Assembly (NCBI GenBank): GCA_965204375.1
Contig: OZ241986.1
Coordinates: 6,276,850 to 6,340,849, forward strand
Reading direction: 5' to 3'
DNA from: Candidatus Latescibacterota bacterium
Lineage (GTDB): Bacteria; Latescibacterota; UBA2968
Length of the DNA: 64,000 bases
Part shown: piece after piece, positions 21,219 through 31,784 of the stretch
Layout of the letters: each line of letters begins with the position of its first letter
Numbering within the stretch: the stretch's first letter is position 1
The notes under the pieces: model-generated
Seen by the model: only the letters and a program-made list of their open reading frames with translations
Told to the model about the DNA's origin: nothing
The model's database searches: none
Position numbers and translations under genes: made by a program

Positions 21219-22079
21219 GTGATTATTTTGACTACATCGGCTAAAAGTTTTTCCAAAGATGCATTGCATCACTATCTCGAAGATGTGGCTTCGTCTCAAC
21301 CTCTGTCTTCCGAAGAGGAAGTTGCGCTCGCTGTTCGCATTCACAAAGGCGATCAAGAAGCGCGGGCAAAACTCATTGAAGCCAATCTGCGCTTTGTGAT
21401 TACAGTTGCCTACGAATATCAAAATCAGGGCGTTCCGCTCGTGGATCTCATCAGCGCGGGAAACGTCGGTTTGATCACAGCGGCAGAGCGTTTTGACGAG
21501 ACGAGGGGGTTTAAGTTTATCTCTTATGCTGTTTGGTGGATTCGCCAATCTATTTTGCAAACACTGGCGGAACACGCCAGAGTCGTGCGCCTTCCGCTCA
21601 ATCGCGTGGAATTGCTCAGACGCATATCTCGCTGTAGAAGTAACCGACAGCAAGAGACTTCGACACGCACTGCGGAAGAAGAAATTGCCGAAGAATTGGA
21701 TATTCCGGTAGAGCAGGTTACGGATATTCTCACCAGCGGGCAGCGCACTTTGTCCCTCGATACAGCTCTCGGCGATGGGGAAAATAGTCTTCTTGAAATG
21801 ATGCCCGACGATTCTCAAGAGTCGCCCGACGCAATGGCATTGAGAAATACCCTCAAAGCTGAAATCTCAAGTGCTTTGAGCACCCTTGATGAGCGCGAGC
21901 AAAAAGTGATCCGACTCTATTTTGGATTGGGCGGCGGTGCGGAGATGACGCTCGAAGAAATTGGCAAGCAATTTCGCCTGACGCGCGAACGGATTCGTCA
22001 AATAAAAGAAAAAGCACTCCGAAAATTGCGCCACCCCACGCGAGGGCGAAAATTGATGCCCTATGCCGAAGATACGTGA
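21219..22079 (+). CDS. Sigma-70 family RNA polymerase sigma factor (RpoD/SigA-like, no region 1.1)
   Basis: ANLRFV, DLISAGNVGL, KFISYAVWWIRQSI, TLEEIG...LTRERIRQIKEKALRKLR. Confidence 0.93.
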   Translation: MIILTTSAKSFSKDALHHYLEDVASSQPLSSEEEVALAVRIHKGDQEARAKLIEANLRFVITVAYEYQNQGVPLVDLISAGNVGLITAAERFDETRGFKFISYAVWWIRQSILQTLAEHARVVRLPLNRVELLRRISRCRSNRQQETSTRTAEEEIAEELDIPVEQVTDILTSGQRTLSLDTALGDGENSLLEMMPDDSQESPDAMALRNTLKAEISSALSTLDEREQKVIRLYFGLGGGAEMTLEEIGKQFRLTRERIRQIKEKALRKLRHPTRGRKLMPYAEDT

Positions 22080-22088
22080 ACGGAAACG

Positions 22089-23441
22089 CTAATTTTTCAA
22101 TTTTTTCACCCATTCTCGAAATCGCTCTCCGCGCTCTTCAAAGTTGCGAAATTGGTCGTAACTCGCCGATGCTGGCGATAGCAATACCACATCGCCAGAT
22201 TGTGCGAGACCTGTCGCGCAATCCATCGCTTCTTCCAAATTTTCTACGCGGTGAATATTGGTTTTCCCTTTTGCCGTTGCCGCAATCGCGTCCCCTGTTT
22301 CGCCCATCACAATTAGATGTGCGACCTTTTCCGCTATCGCCATTCCCAAATCGTCATACGCAATGCCTTTATCGTAGCCACCTGCGATCAGCACGATTGG
22401 TTTGTCATAAGCCATGAGTGCTGTCTGCGTGCGGTCGGGACTCGTGGCTATTGAATCGTTCACATAGAGGACGCCGTTTACTTCTGCCACTTGCTCCAAT
22501 CTGTGTGGTACCCCCTGAAATGTCTGCAAGACCTCGGCGATGTTTTCTTCAGATACGCCGCTTATGACCGCTGCACCCGTGGCTGCCAGTGCGTTGGCGA
22601 GGTTGTGCCGACCGCGCAAGGATATGGTATCGACAGAGCAGACGGTTCGCGTCTCACCTCCGATTGCGTGTTGAATTTTTCCGTCGTGGACAAATACATC
22701 CCCTTTTTCTCCAACGGCAAATACCACCCTCTGTCCCGCGCCCGCCCAACGAGACACTTCGTCATCTTCTCCGTTGACAATCGTCCAGTCGCCTTTTGTC
22801 TGGTGCATGACGATTTGTTGCTTGGCTTTTCGATACGCTTGTAGAGATCCGTGAACGTCGATGTGATTCGGCGCGAAGTTGGTTGTGACGGCGATGTGGG
22901 GACTCCACGGCAGATCTCCCAGTCGGTCGAGTTGGAAGCTCGATAATTCCAGTACGATGGGTACATCGGGGTGTAGCAGGTCCAATTCGTCCAGCAGGGA
23001 TCCTCCGATATTGCCACCGATTCGTGTGCGTTTATCTTTTTGCTTGAGCATTTCTCCTATGAGCGAAGTTGTCGTGGTTTTGCCACTGCTGCCCGTTATG
23101 CCGATTATGGGGGCGGGACAGCGTTCGACAAATAGGCAGATTTCCGATGTGATGGGTACGCCCGCAGATTCTGCGATTTTCAAGTATCGCGATGACCGGG
23201 GTACCGCGGGGTTGGCGACGATTAAATCTGCTTTCCGAAAATCCGTTTCTTCATGCCGTCCCAGCACAAAGGCGATGGGTAATCCATTCAGGGCGCGTAC
23301 CGAAGCGCGCAGGTCTTTTTCAGGGCGTAAGTCCGTCACTGTCACCACCGCGCCTTCGCGTACCAGAAAACGCACCGCTCCCACGCCCCCGCCAAATAAT
23401 CCCAATCCCATTACTGTGACGCGCTGGCCTTTTAAGTTCAC
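22089..23441 (-). CDS. murD: UDP-N-acetylmuramoyl-L-alanine--D-glutamate ligase
   Basis: GITGSSGKTTT, GGNIG, LELSSFQL, HRLE, NDSIAT, LLSPASASYDQF. Confidence 0.93.
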   Translation of the reverse strand: MNLKGQRVTVMGLGLFGGGVGAVRFLVREGAVVTVTDLRPEKDLRASVRALNGLPIAFVLGRHEETDFRKADLIVANPAVPRSSRYLKIAESAGVPITSEICLFVERCPAPIIGITGSSGKTTTTSLIGEMLKQKDKRTRIGGNIGGSLLDELDLLHPDVPIVLELSSFQLDRLGDLPWSPHIAVTTNFAPNHIDVHGSLQAYRKAKQQIVMHQTKGDWTIVNGEDDEVSRWAGAGQRVVFAVGEKGDVFVHDGKIQHAIGGETRTVCSVDTISLRGRHNLANALAATGAAVISGVSEENIAEVLQTFQGVPHRLEQVAEVNGVLYVNDSIATSPDRTQTALMAYDKPIVLIAGGYDKGIAYDDLGMAIAEKVAHLIVMGETGDAIAATAKGKTNIHRVENLEEAMDCATGLAQSGDVVLLSPASASYDQFRNFEERGERFREWVKKLKN

Positions 23442-23467
23442 GGGAAGTCTCCAAGTGTCAGTTGTCG

Positions 23468-23496
23468 ATAGGTACGGGTTTGAAACCCGTACCTAT
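23468..23496. repeat. REP-like perfect palindrome
   Basis: ATAGGTACGGGTTT-G-AAACCCGTACCTAT (14-bp arms). Confidence 0.65.
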
Positions 23497-24479
23497 TCTT
23501 TTAACAATTGATCGATGAGATCGACCGGGGTGATGCCTTCGGCTTCGGCGTTGAAATTTGTGACGAGGCGATGGCGCAAGACGGGTTTGGCGACAAAAGA
23601 GACGTCGTCAATAGATGGTGCATAGCGTCCGCTGAGTACGGCGCGCGCTTTGGCGCCCAGGATGAGGCATTGAGATGCGCGCGGGCCGGCGCCCCATCTG
23701 AGCATGTTGCCGATGGATGTGTCTGCATTTTGGGGGCGGGTTTTGCGGACGAGATCTACTGCGTGATCTACGATGTGATCGGCTACTGGAACTTTGCGGA
23801 TGAGTTGCTGGAGGTTGCGAATTTGTTTGGCGTTAAGTACGGGCTGCACGTCGTGGGTTTGGGCACCTGTGGTGGCTTTGACAATGGCGCGTTCTTCTTC
23901 CTTGGTGGGATAATCGATCCACAGGTTAAATATGAAGCGGTCGAGTTGGGCTTCGGGCAGGGGATAGGTGCCTTCTTGTTCGATGGGATTTTGAGTGGCT
24001 AAGACAAAGAACGGTTCTTCGAGGCGAAAGGTTCCTCCCCCGGCGGTGACTTCGTGTTCTTGCATAGCCTGCAATAAGGCGGCCTGGGTTTTGGGCGGGG
24101 TGCGGTTGATTTCATCGGCCAGGATGATGTTGGCAAATAAGGGACCTTTGACAAAGCGGAATGCTTTGTGTCCGGTGGTCTGGTCTTCTTCGAGGAGTTC
24201 TGTGCCCGTGATGTCCGAAGGCATGAGATCGGGGGTAAATTGGATGCGGCTAAAAGACAGGTCGAGGGCGCGTGCGAGGGTGCTGATGAGGAGTGTTTTG
24301 GCAAGGCCGGGCACGCCGACGAGCAAACAATGGCCCCCGCACAGGAGGGCAATGAGTAGCTGATCGACGATTTCCCGCTGGCCAATAATCACTTTGCCTA
24401 TTTCGGCGACGATCTGGTCATACGCGGTTTTTAATTGTTCAACGGCCTGGAGATCTTCGTGAGGTGATGCTTCGGGCAT
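23493..24479 (-). CDS. MoxR-family AAA+ ATPase
   Basis: GVPGLAKT, RIQFTPDLMPSD, DEINRTPPKTQ, ATQNPIEQEGTYPLPEAQLDRF; start moved to MPEASP. Confidence 0.93.
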   Translation of the reverse strand: MPEASPHEDLQAVEQLKTAYDQIVAEIGKVIIGQREIVDQLLIALLCGGHCLLVGVPGLAKTLLISTLARALDLSFSRIQFTPDLMPSDITGTELLEEDQTTGHKAFRFVKGPLFANIILADEINRTPPKTQAALLQAMQEHEVTAGGGTFRLEEPFFVLATQNPIEQEGTYPLPEAQLDRFIFNLWIDYPTKEEERAIVKATTGAQTHDVQPVLNAKQIRNLQQLIRKVPVADHIVDHAVDLVRKTRPQNADTSIGNMLRWGAGPRASQCLILGAKARAVLSGRYAPSIDDVSFVAKPVLRHRLVTNFNAEAEGITPVDLIDQLLKE

Positions 24480-24492
24480 TTTGTTTCCTTTC

Positions 24493-25872
24493 TTATGTTT
24501 TGCGTTTTTCCTTTTTCGCCGCCGGGAAGAGAATATTGTTGAGGATGAGGCGATAGCCAGGCGAATTTTTGTGCAGTGCGAGTTGCGTGGGCGGGTCGTT
24601 GACAAAGTGCTGATAGTCTTCCGGGTCGTGTCCTGCATAAAATGTGAATGTGCCTTTGCCGATGTTGCCGTGGATGTATTTGACGTGGTCTGTGCCGGGT
24701 ATGTCGCCCATGATGGTGACGGATTTTTTGATGCGGTTTTTGCGAAAGGCCGTGGTTTGGCCCAAAAAGCCGGGGACGATGGGTGTGTGGTTTTGCGTGA
24801 GCATGGTGGGTACGGGATCGTATTTTGCCGAGAATTCAAATAGTGAAAAGGCATCGATATCGGCATTTTTGACCTGGCTCATTTCAATGGGCGACAGGTC
24901 GATGTCGGCGTGTTCGTATTCGAGGGGGTCCATAACGAGGTTGAAGTTTTCAAAGGCTACTGTGCGCGAGAAATCGAGTTTTTGACGCGCCTGCGGGTCT
25001 GCGGGATCGCCGTCGTAAACGCTATCGACAATGTCGATTCCGCGGGCTGCAAGGGCAATGTCAAAGGTATCGGTGGCCGAGCACATGGCAAAGAGAAATC
25101 CGCCTTGTGCGACGTAGTTGTAAATGGCCTGTGCAACCGCGCCTTTGAGGTGGGAGACTTTGGAAAAACCCAATTTGCCAGCGAGGGCTTTGAATCCGGC
25201 CTGTTGTTGGCGGTACCAGAGGGTGTGACCGTGGCTGCGATAAAATTTGCCGTATTGTCCTGTGAAGTCTTCGTGATGCAGGTGCAGCCAGTCGAAATTT
25301 TCGAGTTTGCCCATGAGGACTTCTTCGTCCCACAAGGTGGTGTAGGGGATTTCCGCATACGTGAGCGCCAGTGTGACGGCGTCGTCCCAGGGCTGTTTGT
25401 TCGGGGGGGTATAGACCGCGATGCGGGGTGCTTTTTCAAGGCGCATGCGGTTCATGTTGCCGGATTCAATGTCGGCGTAGATGCGCGTGGCTTGCGCGGC
25501 TGAGATGGCTTGGAAGGCGACGGCGCGTATTCGGGCTTCGCGCGCGATGGTTTCGTGGTTGTCGATGAGGAAGGATCCACCGCGGTAGTTGAGCAACCAC
25601 TCGACGGGATGGCCCTGTTGCAATGCCCAATACGCAATGCCGTAGGCTTTGAGATGATCTGTTTGCGATACGTCCATGGGAATGAGTATTTTGCCGACGT
25701 TCGCACTCCCACCACCAATCGCCGCTGGGGAGATGGATGGTGTTGTGAGAATGAAGAGGGCGAGAAGTGATAGATAAATCGCCCGGGCCAATTTCTGTTC
25801 AGACGTAACGAAATCAGCCTGCCGGGTGGCAGGCTGATTCTCGGGATTCTGTCTTTTTTTTTCTCTTCTCAT
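24493..25872 (-). CDS. Conserved secreted protein (family often auto-annotated 'asparagine synthetase B')
   Basis: LIPMD...HLKAYG, WLLNYRGGSF, WLHLHHEDFTGQYGKF, GHDPEDYQH, SPGYRLILNN; no AsnB motifs; N-terminus probably island-derived. Confidence 0.7.
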   Translation of the reverse strand: MRREKKRQNPENQPATRQADFVTSEQKLARAIYLSLLALFILTTPSISPAAIGGGSANVGKILIPMDVSQTDHLKAYGIAYWALQQGHPVEWLLNYRGGSFLIDNHETIAREARIRAVAFQAISAAQATRIYADIESGNMNRMRLEKAPRIAVYTPPNKQPWDDAVTLALTYAEIPYTTLWDEEVLMGKLENFDWLHLHHEDFTGQYGKFYRSHGHTLWYRQQQAGFKALAGKLGFSKVSHLKGAVAQAIYNYVAQGGFLFAMCSATDTFDIALAARGIDIVDSVYDGDPADPQARQKLDFSRTVAFENFNLVMDPLEYEHADIDLSPIEMSQVKNADIDAFSLFEFSAKYDPVPTMLTQNHTPIVPGFLGQTTAFRKNRIKKSVTIMGDIPGTDHVKYIHGNIGKGTFTFYAGHDPEDYQHFVNDPPTQLALHKNSPGYRLILNNILFPAAKKEKRKT

Positions 25873-25878
25873 TGGGTT

Positions 25879-26106
25879 TTACCTTGCTTGTGCCAAAGTG
25901 TCTGTCTCTTCTATCTCGAATTTTGTGACAGTGTTACGAAAGTCTTGACCAATCATAGCCCAGTCCATCCAAATCGCTGTATTGTCCGTCTCTTGACCTG
26001 TTGGAGATGTATTGTACGTGTTCAAAGTGTTTCCGAAGTCCATAATACGCGCTATGCCCTCCAGAAATGATGGTCGCGCGCAAAGGAAGTGGGTATTTAT
26101 CTCCAT
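25879..26106 (-). CDS. Small hypothetical protein
   Basis: GAGGA RBS; ARPSFLEGIARIMDFG...DW..IGQD resembles (from recollection) small proteins found upstream of DUF2335 genes. Confidence 0.55.
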   Translation of the reverse strand: MEINTHFLCARPSFLEGIARIMDFGNTLNTYNTSPTGQETDNTAIWMDWAMIGQDFRNTVTKFEIEETDTLAQAR

Positions 26107-26189
26107 TTTTTACTTCCTCATAAAATTATCACATTATACTTATGTGCCTAATGCATAATTATATTGTAAACAATACTATATTGTCAAGG

Positions 26190-27611
26190 TTATAACGCAT
26201 CTTTTAGTTTTCTTACCGCTTCCATTGCCTCAGAAATCTCTTTTTTCATAGTGTTGACAATGGTGGCATGGCTGAGCGGGTTCAGGATAATGCTTTTGTA
26301 CAGTTCAATCTTGTTGATGAGAGACTCTTGTAAAAAAGGGTTACCACTCTTGTCTTCACCATTTTTTATTGACACCCAGAAATCTTCGCTTGTCAGACGC
26401 TTTGGGTTTTCGCGGTACTTAACCTTGAGATTCTTATTTTCACAGAATTTCTTGATTGCCACTTCAAAAGCGGTGCGAAGGTAAATCGCACAGGCTTTGT
26501 AGTCGTTGCCATCAAAATATTCCTTCGCCTTTTCAAGATACGCTCGATCTTCCACATAGACTGGAATCTCGTATTCGTCAGTTTTCGAGAAGTAGAATTC
26601 AGCGTATTTCCATTCGCTATCTTCCGTCCGTTGCCTGACAATTTCATACCAAGCACGGTCGTAGGTCATAAAAAAGATTTGATAATCTGAGAAGTATTCT
26701 TTTAGAATATTGATTACTGGCAGGCGGTTTGACATATCCAGGCCAATCAATACGTCATCCAGAGCGAGAATTTTCAGTTCGCTTTCTGGCTGAAGCAGGA
26801 AAGACGCGAAGGTGATGGCTATAGCGATTGCCGATAGTTTCGCCTCATTCAGAAAGCGGTGATGCACAGGGAGGTCTCTGTCGAAGAACTTGACCGTCAA
26901 GAGTATTTGCTGATTATCAAATGTCTTGTTAGTGCGATTGTATGTGATACCCTGAAAGTCAAAGTCGAGGGCAACATTGTATTTAAACTTGTCAAGTATT
27001 TCAGATGCCTGACTTTTTAATTCTTCTAATTTGCCGAATAGTCCATTGTTGAAATTCTGTATCCGTTCTTGCAGTGCCTCAACTTGTCTTTCTGTGGTTC
27101 GACGCGGAACAGCCTGTTTAATATCATTCCAATCATCGACAAAACTTCGATCCGTCACATCGTTGATAGTGTTGGCTAAGAGATTATCGACCAGAAAATC
27201 AAAGATATTCACGGTCTCCTCTTTGTATTGTATATAATGCGTCTCCAGCAGCGTTTTATAGTCGAGAAAGCCTTTACTCTTTGATGCATCAGTGATCAGA
27301 AGATCATTAGTCTCTTTAACGGTCTTTGACCATTCATAAACATGCTGTCTTGATTGCGGATCAGCCCTGAGACAAAGTTTGATGTAGCTACTCTCATTGT
27401 CTTTGATAAATATATTTTGATGCGCGTCAAATTGCTCATTGCTCATTGTGGATTCCAAGAACAGTTTCAAAGCGCGATATAGCGATGATTTTCCACTACC
27501 ATTTTCGCCGTAAATGAGCAGGTTTTTACCAGACTTGTGCAAATCGATTCGGTACGGACACGGACCGTAGAAGGCCCTGAAGTTTTTAATTTCAATTTCT
27601 GTAATTCTCAT
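26190..27611 (-). CDS. ABC/SMC-like ATPase with HEPN-like C-terminus (PrrC/RloC-like)
   Basis: IKNFRAF, Walker A GENGSGKS, Walker B LALDD, C-terminal YLRTAFE...ILNPLSH; overlaps the MTase stop. Confidence 0.65.
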   Translation of the reverse strand: MRITEIEIKNFRAFYGPCPYRIDLHKSGKNLLIYGENGSGKSSLYRALKLFLESTMSNEQFDAHQNIFIKDNESSYIKLCLRADPQSRQHVYEWSKTVKETNDLLITDASKSKGFLDYKTLLETHYIQYKEETVNIFDFLVDNLLANTINDVTDRSFVDDWNDIKQAVPRRTTERQVEALQERIQNFNNGLFGKLEELKSQASEILDKFKYNVALDFDFQGITYNRTNKTFDNQQILLTVKFFDRDLPVHHRFLNEAKLSAIAIAITFASFLLQPESELKILALDDVLIGLDMSNRLPVINILKEYFSDYQIFFMTYDRAWYEIVRQRTEDSEWKYAEFYFSKTDEYEIPVYVEDRAYLEKAKEYFDGNDYKACAIYLRTAFEVAIKKFCENKNLKVKYRENPKRLTSEDFWVSIKNGEDKSGNPFLQESLINKIELYKSIILNPLSHATIVNTMKKEISEAMEAVRKLKDAL

Positions 27612-30600
27612 GCCTTGCCTTCTATGATGCGGATAGTTTCCAAACTATCAAGAAAGAAAAGATTCTTCCGAACAGGATGTCTTCTATCAAAAAGTCGCTC
27701 GAAGATGCTACGGATTACAGACATTTTATCGCTGCTGATCTCCTCAATTAGGGGAAGATATTCGTCCAACAACGTCTTGAAGAAGTATTTGCCAGCACGA
27801 TGAAGTTCATCGGTCAGATAGAGTTCATAAATCAGTCCGTCAATTATCTGCTCAAAATATTTGACCATTATATAGTCGCGGGCATGTGCTAAATTTTTGC
27901 CATCTGTAGATGGCTGCTTCTTGAGATAGATGATATAATCAACGAGGATTGCGATAATGTCATGCTTGTCAGCAGAGATTTTGGGGATGGGCAACTGTTC
28001 CAATTCATAGCCTTGTACATGATTGTTCGTAGAGGTGATACGGAAAAACCAATCCATAAACTTGGAGTTGAGTAATCCCAGAAACGCTTTACTATGCGCT
28101 TGGTTTTTCAATTGTGTCTTATTGACAGAATGACCCCATAGAAATTCTTTTGACGATTTGGTAGTCAGGGCAAAATGCAAGCGACGAGGATCTACCGTTC
28201 CCGTAACTTCTTGAGAAATCAAGAAAGTATCACGTTTGTTTGCATCAACTTTGGCTCTCATAAATCTCGGTTCGCAATACTCGGTCGCATCATCGTACCT
28301 AATCACAAAACGTGCAACATTCCTTCCGCGTAAAAGTCTCACTCGAGAATACTTGTTAGAAAATCTCTTGGAATGCGTTGTTAAGTTGAGATCGCCTTGG
28401 ACAATACTGGCAGCGTAATGACGCAATGGTTTGATGTTTTTGTCACTGGCGATTTTTTCCAAAATGGCGACACTGCCTTCCCTAATATGCGGAAAACAGC
28501 GCAGGTCTGGGTAGAGAGCTAAAATCGCATCTCTAGTAATTTTAGCAAAGCGCAAATCGGCTATAGTATGGGTGTCATTGCCCACTGAAATTCTGATTGG
28601 CTGGTCACCGGGCGATGATTTAGTGAACTGATAGATGCAAGTGCCTTGCGTCACAGTTGTAAAAACTTGAGCTTCTCGCTTCTTTGCTTCCTTGGGAAAC
28701 TCAATAATATGTTTCAACTGCGTATGTTCTAGAAGAAGTTGCCGAGTAGCAGCAGATGAAAGGTCACACATCAGGCTACTTTGCACGATGAGGGTGACCA
28801 AGCCACTGTATTTACAAAGGTTGTACGACTGCTCTACGAACAATTTATAAAGATTTTGTTTGCCCTTGTCTTTGCCTTCCGAATACGGGAATTGGGTGGC
28901 TGCATAGGTGCCTTTTCGCACCTGTCGGTACGGCGGGTTTCCGATTACCACATCAAACCCACCGGTAACGCCGAACATATACTCGGGATCGAACCAGTCA
29001 GCTTTAGCGTTCTGATCGTAGGGATCCCAGTTGGCAATTTTACCGGTGTCGGCAGCAGCCCAGCCAACCCGTTCCAACTCCGCTGCTAGGTCATTCCGCA
29101 ATCTTTTGTCCTTCTCCCGGTACTTCAGCTTCAGGGGGCGCGTGGTGGCGTGAAAATGCCGCTCGCGGTTTTCGTTCAATTCTTGCTCCAGCCGGATGAC
29201 AGCATTCGTTTGCCCCAAGCTCAGTTGGTCCGGTTTGTCTAATGCCAACAGGACATCAGCGGCGACAAAGCGCGTCTCTAAATTCGGTAGTGGTTTGATG
29301 CCGAAGTTCTCTGTAGTCTCGTCGAGTTCCTGTTCAATCGCCAAAGAAATAAAGAAGCGTAGTTTGGCTATCTGGCAAGCGATCGGCTGGATGTCTGCGC
29401 CAAAGATACTGTTCTGGATCAGATATAGCTTGCGTCCAAAGTCGTCCGCATATCGCTCAAAGGTTTCGCTAATCTCCAGCAACTCAGCGTCGCGTTCTCG
29501 CTGATTTCGGGTCTCAAACGCCGCGTCTGCCTTTGCTCTGGCGCGTTCTTTTTGCAGGGCTTCCCAGCGACTGTTGTCGGGGTCAATGCGTCTTAGAACA
29601 AGGGTGAGTTTGTGCAGCATGCCCATGGGAAACGCGCCGGAACCGACTGCGGGATCTAGCACTTTGATCTCTGCAATCACCCGCACAATGTCCTCTGCTT
29701 CATCTTCCTCAAAAAGCTCGTTGGCGTCATCGAATGCGTCCTCATAATCCAGTAGATAACGCAAGCGTTCTTGCCAGAAGGCTGTGTCGCCATCGGTCGG
29801 CCGACACTTTTCCGCCAGTGTTGCCATTAGGGCCTCATTTACCATGTAGTCCACCACGGCGCGAGGCGTATAAAAAGAGCCGGTCTGCTTGCGGGCTGTT
29901 TCGTGGGTTTCGGGATTGTAAGCGGCCAACAGATTCTCGAACACCTTGCCGAGCAGTTCTGGGTCCAGCGCAACTTCTTGCTCTATGGGCGTGTTCTCTT
30001 CCACCGTGAACTTGTAGTGGCTGAGTAAGGCAATCAGTCCGGCATCGTCAAAGAAGAGACGATTGGGAATGCTCAATTTTTTGTAATGCACATCGGAAAA
30101 GCAGTCAATGCGAGTACCACCAGCTTTGACGCCGTCAAAGCTGTCCAAGCAGTCAAAAAGGCCGCCATTGATAAAAGGTATTTGGGCAAATAGGTTTAGC
30201 AGTCTGTCGGGATCGTTAATCTCTTTCCTGTATCGGTACACGGAAAAATTGCGATGGTCGGCACGGTTTTGTTTACTGAAACGCCGCTTGTTTATCTCAG
30301 TGTTTAGAGTGGCGAAGAACAAGTTTTGCAAAACAGCACGATAGTAAGAATCGCCTGTGTTGCGGTTGAAGTTTTTTAACAGGTTGCGGATTTTTGTCTC
30401 GTTGAATAAGTCTTCTGATACAAGTCCCTTTTCCTTCATAAACCAGACAAAGAGTATGCGTGTGATTAGCCGGATAATGTGTTCTTGTGGATTCAACACC
30501 TTGTTTTCGTTTTCCGGAAATTTCGCTTCGGATACTGCCCACTCAAACCAGTCAAAAAGTTTGCGGTAGAACTGCCGGTTGAGTTCCTCAGTATCCAATT

Positions 30601-31249
30601 TGTCTAACCAAGCTGCCAGCAAGCTGTCGAAGTTTTTCGGCTGGTTGTTGGCTTCCATCCACGACAAAAGATTCGATAGGGATAATTCCGTGAGAATATC
30701 CAGATGTGCTCGATGCAGATTATGGGGACGAATATCTTTAATTAAAGTGACATGCTCCAGCACATCCCGCGTCCTATCGCGTTTGTGGGGGCGGCGACCA
30801 ACAAAGGCTATGGTCATCATGTTTCCCGCGCGAAAGAACACCACTGTAGGCACGTTTATTCGCTTGTTGATCTCGCGGGTGAACTCGGCGTATTGTCCGC
30901 GAGCGTAGTTTGTTTCCTTCAACACCACGGCAAAAAAGATAAAACTTTGCTGTTGTCCCTCATCGAAGGCGTCTGTTCCCAAACCCGTCGAGGCGATTTC
31001 ATAGCTGGTAAGCTGAAACACAAGTTGCACGGATTGGACGTTTTCGCAGAACACCTGCTCGGTCCTGGTGTTCTCGTTTGGGGCGGGAAATTGCTGGATG
31101 AAGTCCTCTGGATCACCTGAAAGTTCCAACATGCGCTCGCTCTGGTACCCGAGGACATCAAGGAGGTTTTTGGTCGTCAATAGGAAATTTTTGTTGGGCA
31201 CACCAGCCAAAGTGGATTGAATGCGCTCTTTGAGATCGCCATTGCTCAT
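27608..31249 (-). CDS. Eco57I/type IIG-like N6-adenine DNA methyltransferase with TaqI-like C-terminal target-recognition domain
   Basis: INGGLF, LLGKVFENLL, RKQTGSFYTP, LDPAVGSGAFP (motif I), VIGNPPY (motif IV), LLNSK. Confidence 0.9.
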   Translation of the reverse strand: MSNGDLKERIQSTLAGVPNKNFLLTTKNLLDVLGYQSERMLELSGDPEDFIQQFPAPNENTRTEQVFCENVQSVQLVFQLTSYEIASTGLGTDAFDEGQQQSFIFFAVVLKETNYARGQYAEFTREINKRINVPTVVFFRAGNMMTIAFVGRRPHKRDRTRDVLEHVTLIKDIRPHNLHRAHLDILTELSLSNLLSWMEANNQPKNFDSLLAAWLDKLDTEELNRQFYRKLFDWFEWAVSEAKFPENENKVLNPQEHIIRLITRILFVWFMKEKGLVSEDLFNETKIRNLLKNFNRNTGDSYYRAVLQNLFFATLNTEINKRRFSKQNRADHRNFSVYRYRKEINDPDRLLNLFAQIPFINGGLFDCLDSFDGVKAGGTRIDCFSDVHYKKLSIPNRLFFDDAGLIALLSHYKFTVEENTPIEQEVALDPELLGKVFENLLAAYNPETHETARKQTGSFYTPRAVVDYMVNEALMATLAEKCRPTDGDTAFWQERLRYLLDYEDAFDDANELFEEDEAEDIVRVIAEIKVLDPAVGSGAFPMGMLHKLTLVLRRIDPDNSRWEALQKERARAKADAAFETRNQRERDAELLEISETFERYADDFGRKLYLIQNSIFGADIQPIACQIAKLRFFISLAIEQELDETTENFGIKPLPNLETRFVAADVLLALDKPDQLSLGQTNAVIRLEQELNENRERHFHATTRPLKLKYREKDKRLRNDLAAELERVGWAAADTGKIANWDPYDQNAKADWFDPEYMFGVTGGFDVVIGNPPYRQVRKGTYAATQFPYSEGKDKGKQNLYKLFVEQSYNLCKYSGLVTLIVQSSLMCDLSSAATRQLLLEHTQLKHIIEFPKEAKKREAQVFTTVTQGTCIYQFTKSSPGDQPIRISVGNDTHTIADLRFAKITRDAILALYPDLRCFPHIREGSVAILEKIASDKNIKPLRHYAASIVQGDLNLTTHSKRFSNKYSRVRLLRGRNVARFVIRYDDATEYCEPRFMRAKVDANKRDTFLISQEVTGTVDPRRLHFALTTKSSKEFLWGHSVNKTQLKNQAHSKAFLGLLNSKFMDWFFRITSTNNHVQGYELEQLPIPKISADKHDIIAILVDYIIYLKKQPSTDGKNLAHARDYIMVKYFEQIIDGLIYELYLTDELHRAGKYFFKTLLDEYLPLIEEISSDKMSVIRSIFERLFDRRHPVRKNLFFLDSLETIRIIEGKA

Positions 31250-31461
31250 GCTTTCTCCTTTGCGATAATCAACCACGTTAAAAGCTCAAAATCGCGGATA
31301 GATATGGGGTACAATGAGCCATTTCTCTGACTCATTCACCGATCCCATTGTACAACACACCCAAGTCTGTTCACGACTCGTTTACACCACTCTCAGGCCC
31401 AGTTCATTTTTTGATTTAATCGGCATCTAAAATTGCACAGACTGTGATTAAGGCAGGTGGC

Positions 31462-31746
31462 TCAAGGTTGAGGCTGGCCGAATGCCAGCGATAAACCGCT
31501 ACTGCCAGCCAGTTTGCGAAAGTTGCACTCGACCTGAAGTCCGTGCCAAAATTCGTCGGACTGACCAAAGAAGGCACCAAAGCGGATTGACATGGCTGGC
31601 GTGATCGAACGCCGTGCGTGAACGATTTCGTTGATTGTCTGCGGCGCAATACCGATGGCGCGGGCCATGGTATTCTGCGAAATTCCCATTGGCTTGAGGT
31701 ATTCTTCCAGGAGAATTTCACCGGGTGTGATGGTCGTGTTCAGCAT
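31462..31746 (-). CDS. higA: HigA-family antitoxin, orphan copy 2 (frameshifted tail)
   Basis: [18 protein letters not shown]...INEIV..RRSITP....F...FG....FW; no higB adjacent. Confidence 0.75.
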   Translation of the reverse strand: MLNTTITPGEILLEEYLKPMGISQNTMARAIGIAPQTINEIVHARRSITPAMSIRFGAFFGQSDEFWHGLQVECNFRKLAGSSGLSLAFGQPQP

Positions 31747-31784
31747 TGCACTATATAAGGTTATAAGGAGTTTGTCAATGATAG

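Noticed and set aside
24480-24866. Long N-terminal extension of the MoxR ORF
   Set aside because: Overlaps the upstream gene out of frame; an AAGGA RBS supports the start at 24479
24493-25872. True asparagine synthetase (asnB)
   Set aside because: No N-terminal Cys Ntn domain or SGGLDS motif; signal peptide-like segment present
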